35,703 nucleotides of DNA, taken from positions 1 through 35,703 of the IMG/VR virus record IMGVR_UViG_3300032218_002627; one strand, written 5' to 3'. Positions 17,030-24,181 of this stretch are shown here, piece by piece. Below the pieces are notes generated by a model. The model had not been told where the DNA came from. It made no database searches and saw nothing but the letters and a program-made list of their open reading frames with translations. How positions within the stretch are numbered: the stretch's first letter is position 1; each line of letters starts with the position of its first letter. The DNA comes from a virus. Taxonomy: Duplodnaviria; Caudoviricetes. The position numbers and the translations under genes are program-made.

Positions 17030-17301
17030 TATTTTTTCACCACTGCGTCAACGAGGGCAAGCATTGCAGTAACACTATCAGACAAAAGAGTGGTTAAGGT
17101 AGTTAGGTCAACCGATGCTGCTTTGATCTCTGCGGCAATCTTGTCGCTGCCATCGACTGCTACCTTTAGTGCTACTACTACTGGTGCAACTTTTGGCATG
17201 TCGAGGATATTGATGTGACCGTCTGCTTTGGCGTCGCTGATCGCTTTGGCCAGCACGCGGATGAGTTGAATCACGTCCTGAGTTTCTTTGACTGAAGACA
17301 T
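17029..17301 (-). CDS. Small amphipathic helical protein
   Basis: ATG at 17301 with AAGGA RBS (MSSVKETQDV...); TAATG overlap with the CAP gene. Confidence 0.7.
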   Translation of the reverse strand: MSSVKETQDVIQLIRVLAKAISDAKADGHINILDMPKVAPVVVALKVAVDGSDKIAAEIKAASVDLTTLTTLLSDSVTAMLALVDAVVKK

Positions 17302-17392
17302 GGCGTTTCCTTTATTTTGGTATGTGTGTGTCACTAGTTTACCCGACATGATGATAAAATAAAAAGACACCCCAACATTTAAGAGGTAACTG

Positions 17393-17923
17393 ATGCGCCA
17401 AGTATTTGGAGTTATAGGAATTATTGCGCTTATCGCTGGATGTGGCCAGGTGACTGTAAGAATTGTCGAGCCAAAGCCAAAGGAAATCCAAGTAGGACAG
17501 AAAGGGCATTTTGTCCTCGATACTCAGGAAAGCAGTGCAGCGATTAGGTCTGGAACACTTGATGTAGAGGTGAAGTCAGTAAGTGACCTAGAAGTTGGGC
17601 TCGAGGGAAAGGCAGCGGTAAAGACGCTGATTGGACCAAAGGATTTTCTTGTGGCGAGCTCTCTTGAAAGTGGGATCCTAACTAGGGAATGGCTGGCGCA
17701 GCTGCGGGACATAAAGACGTACCAGGCAAAGAATGCGCTCATCACCTATTCGGGACTGAGTGCTGATGCATGTGACCGTGTGAAGCTATCTAACATTGTC
17801 GGATATCCCAACCTGGCGATTGAGCCGACTATCTGTCTGCAGAATCGGACTATTCCCAGTGTGGCGGTTTATTTGACCGAAAGTGGTCAGGTGTTCACTG
17901 CGTTCTTTAGGGCTGATGAGTAG
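17393..17923 (+). CDS. Lipoprotein of unknown function
   Basis: GAGGT RBS; signal peptide with lipobox IAGC; beta-rich; lone + strand gene. Confidence 0.75.
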   Translation: MRQVFGVIGIIALIAGCGQVTVRIVEPKPKEIQVGQKGHFVLDTQESSAAIRSGTLDVEVKSVSDLEVGLEGKAAVKTLIGPKDFLVASSLESGILTREWLAQLRDIKTYQAKNALITYSGLSADACDRVKLSNIVGYPNLAIEPTICLQNRTIPSVAVYLTESGQVFTAFFRADE

Positions 17924-18125
17924 CAGACGCAGCTTTGGATTTAAGGCACCATGCAGGGATAACCTACGTTGCGTGGCTCAGACAGACGCAGGCTTTTCTC
18001 TGCACTCTGCACTCCGCGCTCAGGCTATCGCCGTTCGCTTGGCTGCCAGCGCCTGTCGGCCCTGGGTCGTTTCGTCGGACTAACGCCGACTCCACTTTGT
18101 GTCGCGTTCGCTCCACAACCCGAGT
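17924..18125 (-). other. Structured non-coding element (candidate single-strand initiation/primosome assembly site or ncRNA)
   Basis: GC-rich intergenic region with nested hairpins, short repeats and AAGCGAACGGCGATAGCCTGAGCGCGGAG on the minus strand. Confidence 0.4.
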
Positions 18126-18176
18126 TTTATTTTATGACTTTGTTCTCTTGGGATTAGTGCGAAGCATTTAAACGCG

Positions 18177-18206
18177 TTGATACAGATCGAAAATAGGGTG
18201 TGTCAA
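18177..18206 (-). promoter_or_regulatory. Possible sigma70 promoter
   Basis: TTGACA-N18-TATCAA immediately after a terminator. Confidence 0.3.
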
Positions 18207-18215
18207 GTGGAAGCT

Positions 18216-18239
18216 AAAAAGGCCAGGACTGTCCCAGCC
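18216..18239 (-). terminator. Intrinsic terminator ending the structural operon
   Basis: GGCTGGGA-CAG-TCCTGGCC followed by TTTTT. Confidence 0.55.
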
Positions 18240-18279
18240 ATAACTTTTCGGGTAATGGTAAGTTATAAACAAAGGCCTG

Positions 18280-18618
18280 TTAGTAGCCGACCGTTTTTAC
18301 CTGGCAATCTAGGGTCCCAGTTGACGCCGTATGATTCCAATAAACCCGTAGCCAGTTACCGCTAATTTGCTGGTATTCGTATGCGACGGTTGCCGAGCCG
18401 GTAAGATCGGCACCTGTGCCAACAGTCACAAAGTTGGCGGGTACTTGGGTGCCAACGGGATCAAGGCTGATTTGAATAAAGGCCTTTCCCTTGGGCGTGC
18501 CGGTAACTACATGCGGCTGAATACTCAGCGCAATGCAGCTTGAGATGTCGATTACGGTACTAAATTGGTCAGTTGAGGCATCGACGCCGTTAAAGGCTTT
18601 GTATTGAATAAACCTCAT
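18280..18618 (-). CDS. Small beta-rich virion protein (paralogue of 23799-24140)
   Basis: TGTPKGKAFIQISLD...WLRVYW...TGTL aligns with TGTPTGTFKVQVSPD...YVRAAY...TGSL. Confidence 0.7.
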   Translation of the reverse strand: MRFIQYKAFNGVDASTDQFSTVIDISSCIALSIQPHVVTGTPKGKAFIQISLDPVGTQVPANFVTVGTGADLTGSATVAYEYQQISGNWLRVYWNHTASTGTLDCQVKTVGY

Positions 18619-19109
18619 GTTCCTGGCCTCCGCTTTTTGAGTGCAGCCACAATGCTCATCTCGTCCTCGGGATCATACTGATCGGTTATGTCGGTCGGGT
18701 GCAGGTGATCTAGGACGGCCGACTTCATGTCTGGATTCTTCACGTATGAATAAGAAAGGCCAGCCGGGGTGTCTGGGCCAAAATTCGGAAATTCCTCTTT
18801 TCTGCGTTCCTCTGCCCTTGGCTCGCCAGTGGTGTCAATTCTGTGAGGCAAGGCGCTGGGTTCTTTTAAGTCCCAATCTTGCTCGTCCTTGGCTACGCCT
18901 GGTGCATCACCGCCCATTTCACTTTCCGGGTAGCCGCGTTTAACGTCGGCTTCAATGCGTCCGCCCATCCATTTGCCTTGGCGCTTTTTGGCTTCGCGTG
19001 CAGTCTCAAGGGCAATGGCGATAGCTTGCTTTCTTGGCTTACCAGCTTCTGTCTCTTTGCCAATGTTTTTGCCTATGGTCTTTTCCGAGTAGCCCTTAAT
19101 CAGAGGCAT
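18615..19109 (-). CDS. Phage protein with basic N-terminal KQAIAIAL domain
   Basis: MPLIKGYSEKTIGKNI...GKPRKQAIAIAL, a recurrent phage late-region pattern; AGGAG RBS. Confidence 0.75.
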   Translation of the reverse strand: MPLIKGYSEKTIGKNIGKETEAGKPRKQAIAIALETAREAKKRQGKWMGGRIEADVKRGYPESEMGGDAPGVAKDEQDWDLKEPSALPHRIDTTGEPRAEERRKEEFPNFGPDTPAGLSYSYVKNPDMKSAVLDHLHPTDITDQYDPEDEMSIVAALKKRRPGT

Positions 19110-19118
19110 ATATGCTCC

Positions 19119-19853
19119 TTAATAGTGTTCAAAAAGATCCCATATCGCTTCGTCAAATTTCTTTGGCCAGTCATGGTTACCCTCCCAGCTGCACCAGACT
19201 GTATCAAAAACCCTACATGTCTTAGGGCGAATACAGCCGTATAGGTCGGGTGGGAGCCATGCTTCGCTGCAGCCATTGTTCCTGGCGTAATTATAGCGCG
19301 TCAGGTTGCCAATATTCCAGGAAACGTACTGGTCGGCCTTGCCGTGAATACCGATAGATGGGATTAGGATTGTATTCTCTGATCCGCCAGCAACATAGGC
19401 CATCGCTGTTATCTCGGCACGGCGCTGCGTGATGAGCCAGTTAACAAAGAATGCACCAGCACTGTAGCCAGTCACATACACTTTGCCGATGCAGTACTTC
19501 TGCTTTGCGTATTCGACCATTTGGTCAAAGAATTTAATGTCTGGGCCATTCTCGATTTGTTGCCATGTCTGGAATGCGGCATGGGGATAAAAGAATATGG
19601 TTTTATTGTCTGCCTCGCGCTCTAGATTACCAGCTAGGTCCCTCATCCACTCTTTTGACATGCCGTAGCCGTGATATTGAATCACCAGCCGTCCCTCTGA
19701 TGATGCGTCGTAGTTAGCTGGGACAACATCAAGGAAGTGCCTGTCTCCCACCATTGCGCCAGTGACCGGAGGATATTTGATCTCGCTGCCGCATCCCGAT
19801 GCATATGCGTTCAGTGAAATGAAAAACAAACATATGGCGGCTAGTAGTCTCAC
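19119..19853 (-). CDS. Secreted alpha/beta-hydrolase esterase (LpqC/PHB depolymerase/feruloyl esterase-like)
   Basis: GTG start at 19853 (GAGG RBS), signal peptide ending AYA, oxyanion YHGYG, nucleophile GYSAG, IHGKAD and GNHDWP. Confidence 0.85.
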   Translation of the reverse strand: MRLLAAICLFFISLNAYASGCGSEIKYPPVTGAMVGDRHFLDVVPANYDASSEGRLVIQYHGYGMSKEWMRDLAGNLEREADNKTIFFYPHAAFQTWQQIENGPDIKFFDQMVEYAKQKYCIGKVYVTGYSAGAFFVNWLITQRRAEITAMAYVAGGSENTILIPSIGIHGKADQYVSWNIGNLTRYNYARNNGCSEAWLPPDLYGCIRPKTCRVFDTVWCSWEGNHDWPKKFDEAIWDLFEHY

Positions 19854-19954
19854 GAGGTGCCTCTCACTGGGTGAAGTGAACGAGCAATGCAACACTAGTG
19901 ACTAACGCAAAGACGATAACGCACAGGGAAAGAAATGGGTCGGAGGTTTTCATG

Positions 19955-20518
19955 TTATCCAACCAATACAGCTGAAAGTCTGCCGTAGCCTTGCATTGTG
20001 CCAGCTGTAAAAGCTGCAAATATTTTTAAATAATATGCCTGAGTACCAGAAGTTATAGTAACTCTATATTGAGGAATACTTAAAACGACATCGCCATTGA
20101 CATTTGGAACCAATACAATCTCTATTCTAGAATCACCAGAAACAATCCCAGTAGCTGAATTGCCAGCAACAGTTCCAATTCCAACAATAATTCTTGTGCC
20201 TGTTATAGTAGTAATTTGATTAGCACCAGCGATTGCACTTAAATCCCATGTGCCTACTCCTAAAGTTATTCCACCAGAAATTATATCAACCCAAGTACCA
20301 TTGGTTAAAGCTACAGCACTACCAGCTGGGGTAAATCCTCTAACCTGATACCCGATATAACCAGCTGGTATAGTTGTTCCCGCGCTATCACCAGAGATTA
20401 ATGCACCAGTGCTAAAAGTCTTTTTCCCCGCAAAAGTCTGAACATCAGTCCCAACTAAACCAGAAGATGTTGCTGATGCGAGGCCGGATGTATTACCTGT
20501 GAGTGCTGATGATGTCAT
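19955..20518 (-). CDS. Tail-tip/receptor-binding-type protein
   Basis: G/T/S-rich; AGYIG...LGVGTW...YYLK domain shared with neighbouring genes. Confidence 0.65.
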   Translation of the reverse strand: MTSSALTGNTSGLASATSSGLVGTDVQTFAGKKTFSTGALISGDSAGTTIPAGYIGYQVRGFTPAGSAVALTNGTWVDIISGGITLGVGTWDLSAIAGANQITTITGTRIIVGIGTVAGNSATGIVSGDSRIEIVLVPNVNGDVVLSIPQYRVTITSGTQAYYLKIFAAFTAGTMQGYGRLSAVLVG

Positions 20519-20528
20519 ATGTGTGTCC

Positions 20529-20999
20529 TTATGCGATGCGAACGGCGTTTATAACAGCTGGAACAATTGAGCCGCCTCGAACAACTATGGCACCTCCGCT
20601 ATAACTTGCCCTAGCTAGTAAGTTATAAGTTGTTGCTGAACTAACTGTAAAAACGGATTTTAATCCAATAAGACAATCGCCATTATTAATTTGAGTGCCG
20701 GTCATTGACATTTGACTCCAAAAGTCTGCCGATGCAGTAGTGTCAAAAGTTGTTCCTGAAGTAAATTGAAGTCCAAGATAATTTATAGAAGTTACATTTG
20801 AGGTAGTACTAAAAGCGGCACTTGCCGACATAAACCAAGTGCCAACAGGAAAAGCCAATGAGACAACAGTTAATGCTGTTCCTCCTGTATTTAATGTTGC
20901 TGAGTTACTTGCCGCTGTAGCTGTAATAATCGTTCCCACATAACCAGTAGGCACCGCAACACCCTGCCCACCAGAAAAAAGTGTATTAGTCGTTGTCAT
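20529..20999 (-). CDS. Tail-tip/receptor-binding-type protein
   Basis: TGYVG...FPVGTW...YNLL...AVRIA paralogous domain. Confidence 0.65.
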   Translation of the reverse strand: MTTTNTLFSGGQGVAVPTGYVGTIITATAASNSATLNTGGTALTVVSLAFPVGTWFMSASAAFSTTSNVTSINYLGLQFTSGTTFDTTASADFWSQMSMTGTQINNGDCLIGLKSVFTVSSATTYNLLARASYSGGAIVVRGGSIVPAVINAVRIA

Positions 21000-21036
21000 G
21001 TGTGATCCCCATATTCGTGTGTGTCATGTGTCACCT

Positions 21037-22338
21037 TTAGGCGATGCGAATTGCTTTGAAGTAACCAAGTCCAGTTTGTCCAGCAACAGTAAATTCAGAA
21101 TAAACCTTTACATAAAACGTCGATGCTACAGTTAAAACCTTAATCGCTGGTGGTGCGGTTATCATGTTTGGCTGACCACCAGTAGAACCTGGACCAGAAG
21201 TTGTTTCATAAGGGATTACCATACCCGATGAGCTGTTTCCTGTGGCTGTACCTATGCCAACCAAGTTTTTATTAACCACTGTAGATGATGACGATGGGTT
21301 AAAATAACCACCGGCATAGACAGCCCAAATACCTGGTTGCAAAGTTTGGACAGCAACACCGCCATCATTATATTGAGCCGTTGTTAATGTTTGCGCTGAT
21401 CCTGTTGCGGTTATTGTTTCTCCAACCTTACCACTTCCGCTTGTGTAAGCCGTTGTCGCAGCCGTACCTGTTAGCCCAGTAATCCCGCTATTTGTGAGAT
21501 TGGCGCTATCTAGATTCAGCGGAAAGTTCGTACCTACAGCCGGAGCATTGAGCGCAAAGTTAATCACCGCACTCGCGTAGCCAGACACAGTTGGCAGCGT
21601 AATCTGAATAAGACCAGCAGCCGTGATAGTCATCGAAAAGCCAGTTGGTGGCGTGTCACCAACGTAAGCTGGGCTGATGTAGTAGTTAGATGTTCCGCCG
21701 TACTTAGCAAACGGAGCATTCACGTAAAAGCGCAGTGTGTTTGCTGATGTTAAGTTGGTTATTAACACCCACCCAGAAAGTGAGCCAGCATCGTAAAGGC
21801 TAACGTCCTGCACAGTCGTTGTGGCGTTATTTGCCAAAGAAATTTGCGTGCGCGCATTTGCCGATCCAACAACATTGCCTCGGTAGTTAGTTAGTTCCAG
21901 CGTGGTTGTGGAAATAGCCGTACCTACTGGCTTATTGATTTGACCAACAACAGTTGTCGGTGTCGCGGTAATCTGCCCAGAAGTTGTGCTTAAAAAATAT
22001 GTCGTACCTGCGACTAAAGATCCGCCACCTTGCAAAACACTAGAGCCAATCGTTGCTATTTGGCCGTTAAAGATAAGGCGCACACTGTCTGCACTTAAAA
22101 CGGCATATACATAGGCGAGAACTTCGGCATTTGCCGATAGCGTGGCATCAGCCAGTGCCCATGCCGATCCCGTATAATAAACAGGAGCGCCAACATAGTT
22201 AGTGCACGTAGTACCAAAGCCAGTCTGAGTGATCGTTATCTTGCCGCCGTCACTCAGTGATAAATTGTTACTATCAATTAAATCACCGCTGTTAATCAGC
22301 TTTGCATTAACACCAGACCAAATAATCGGCTTACCCAT
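21037..22338 (-). CDS. Tail fibre protein
   Basis: LVAGTTYFLSTTSGQIT fibre motif and C-terminal GKVGE...LQPGIW...AIRIA domain. Confidence 0.72.
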   Translation of the reverse strand: MGKPIIWSGVNAKLINSGDLIDSNNLSLSDGGKITITQTGFGTTCTNYVGAPVYYTGSAWALADATLSANAEVLAYVYAVLSADSVRLIFNGQIATIGSSVLQGGGSLVAGTTYFLSTTSGQITATPTTVVGQINKPVGTAISTTTLELTNYRGNVVGSANARTQISLANNATTTVQDVSLYDAGSLSGWVLITNLTSANTLRFYVNAPFAKYGGTSNYYISPAYVGDTPPTGFSMTITAAGLIQITLPTVSGYASAVINFALNAPAVGTNFPLNLDSANLTNSGITGLTGTAATTAYTSGSGKVGETITATGSAQTLTTAQYNDGGVAVQTLQPGIWAVYAGGYFNPSSSSTVVNKNLVGIGTATGNSSSGMVIPYETTSGPGSTGGQPNMITAPPAIKVLTVASTFYVKVYSEFTVAGQTGLGYFKAIRIA

Positions 22339-22362
22339 ATCAGTATCCCTTTAGGATAGTGC

Positions 22363-23802
22363 TCAACCGAGAGCAGTGAGGATAAATTGACCAACACTTG
22401 CATTGACATCTAGAGCTTTAAGAGACAACCGAACACCAGCACCAATCAAAAGCTCATATGGCGCATCGTTGCCGCCAGGTCCGATATATAGCTGATCGCT
22501 TTCGCTACCTGCTGCACCAGTAGCAAGAATCATGGCCGATCCCGACGAATCAAAAATATACAGCCTGTTAATCTGTGCCGTGGTCGAGCCAAGTATTTGC
22601 ACATAAGCGCTAGTTGTTACCGGCGTTACTGCATAGTTGTTACGAACAAGGTTAATTCTGCTTTTTGACGTTGTCGTGACAGATATTGGAGTGCCGTTGG
22701 TAATACCCTGAACAGTCAGAACACCAGTAGCAGGAGAACCTGCCGTCCCTTGGCCATATGCAGCAACAGTTCCCTGCATATTTACAGCGGTGCCGCTAAC
22801 AACACCTTGAACAGAAATAATACCGCCAGAAGGCGTTCCGGCACTGCCAAGTCCTTGAACAACCGCATTCAGGTTAGATGCCGTTGCCTGAGCAACAGTA
22901 AATGAGCCAGTACCAGCATTTGCCGTAACAGTTCCCGAAACTGGCTGAGTAACAGCAGAGCCATCAACTTTTACTGCCGTTGCACCAGCAATGCCTTGAA
23001 CAGTAATAACGTCGGTTGATGCCGTCCCTGCTGTTCCAAGTGCAGGCTGCTTTGCCGATGTTGCTGCGCCAGTTGGTAAGCTGACAGTGCCAGATACGTT
23101 ATTGATGTTCCACGTACCAGACTGTGTGACACCGCCAATTACGTTAGCACCAGCGGGAAGTGCAGCATTGACTTGCACGCCGTTGGTTGTCCCGGGTGTT
23201 GTCTGGTCAATCCCGACTTTTCCAATAATTGCTGACCCTGCAGTTACACCGACATAACGCGATCCAACATCGTGACGAGGGCCATCAGATAAAAACAGTG
23301 TGGCTACAACACTACCGGCGCTATTTGCAGTTACTTGGACACGAACATAATTGCCTTCAATGTCGCCAGAAAAAAGGCCAGTTGACGTTAAATTAATAAC
23401 GGGAAGTGTTGTTGGGCTTCCCGATGTTATCACTACAACAGGAGTCCAAGTTGTGTTGTCGTTAGATTGTTGAACCTGAACCGTTGCCGTTCCAACAGAA
23501 AGCTGCAAACTAAAATGCGTAAAGTTAGATGCATCAAAAGATGCGATTACTGATCCGGTAGAAGGTGAAGCAAGTGTTCCGGTTTTTGACGTTGTGGCAG
23601 AGGAAACTACTAGGCCGTTCGCGTTACTTGGCGCACCGATCAAATTACCAGATGAGTCTTTTAGTCCAATGTATGTCGCACTTGCTGGTACTGCCGTGCC
23701 TGTGGTCGATACCGAAGGGTTATTTGCGACGATAGTACCGGCAATCGTAACGCTATCTGTTGCGCTATTAAGGGCGCGTGATGGGTAATTAATGTCGCTC
23801 AT
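22363..23802 (-). CDS. Fibre/spike-like structural protein
   Basis: Gly/Thr/Ala-rich with repeated (G)TAG(T/S)P..G(V/I)(I/L)(T/S)VQG units. Confidence 0.7.
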   Translation of the reverse strand: MSDINYPSRALNSATDSVTIAGTIVANNPSVSTTGTAVPASATYIGLKDSSGNLIGAPSNANGLVVSSATTSKTGTLASPSTGSVIASFDASNFTHFSLQLSVGTATVQVQQSNDNTTWTPVVVITSGSPTTLPVINLTSTGLFSGDIEGNYVRVQVTANSAGSVVATLFLSDGPRHDVGSRYVGVTAGSAIIGKVGIDQTTPGTTNGVQVNAALPAGANVIGGVTQSGTWNINNVSGTVSLPTGAATSAKQPALGTAGTASTDVITVQGIAGATAVKVDGSAVTQPVSGTVTANAGTGSFTVAQATASNLNAVVQGLGSAGTPSGGIISVQGVVSGTAVNMQGTVAAYGQGTAGSPATGVLTVQGITNGTPISVTTTSKSRINLVRNNYAVTPVTTSAYVQILGSTTAQINRLYIFDSSGSAMILATGAAGSESDQLYIGPGGNDAPYELLIGAGVRLSLKALDVNASVGQFILTALG

Positions 23803-24140
23803 ATCATTTTCCCCGCAATTTTAACTGTGAGTGAGCCCGTGCCGCTTGCTGCTGTGTAGGCAGCGCGCACATAAGGGTCTGGCAGCTGATTAAGCCCGAT
23901 CCTGTGCGATCCTGCTGCGCCTGTTGCGGTGGGAGTTGGAACAAGTGCTAGGTCCACAAAAGTTATGTTATCCGGGCTCACTTGCACCTTAAACGTCCCG
24001 GTCGGCGTGCCGGTGAACGTGAGATACATAACGACATTATCAAGCCAACGTATATCTGTTGATGCCGTGGTTAAATTTCCACTCATGTCGCCAGCAGAGA
24101 GACTGGTATAAGTGACAAGATTATTTTTACGTCCTGACAT
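23799..24140 (-). CDS. Small beta-rich virion protein
   Basis: AGGAG RBS; paralogous to 18280-18618. Confidence 0.7.
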   Translation of the reverse strand: MSGRKNNLVTYTSLSAGDMSGNLTTASTDIRWLDNVVMYLTFTGTPTGTFKVQVSPDNITFVDLALVPTPTATGAAGSHRIGLNQLPDPYVRAAYTAASGTGSLTVKIAGKMI

Positions 24141-24181
24141 CTTGCGCGCTCCTTATGGGTAAAAGGGTTGTTGCCCTATAG

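Noticed and set aside
16452-17072. 206-aa + strand ORF and the many other short antisense ORFs in the track
   Set aside because: They are shadows of well-supported opposite-strand genes and show no recognisable motifs.
18064-18121. Hammerhead ribozyme (minus strand stem-GAAA-stem topology)
   Set aside because: The CUGANGA core is absent (AAAGUGGA instead) and the would-be cleavage triplet is GUG.
19955-22338. Diversity-generating retroelement or invertase shufflon on the tail tips
   Set aside because: No reverse transcriptase, no TR/VR pair differing at adenines, no site-specific recombinase, and all cassettes are co-oriented.
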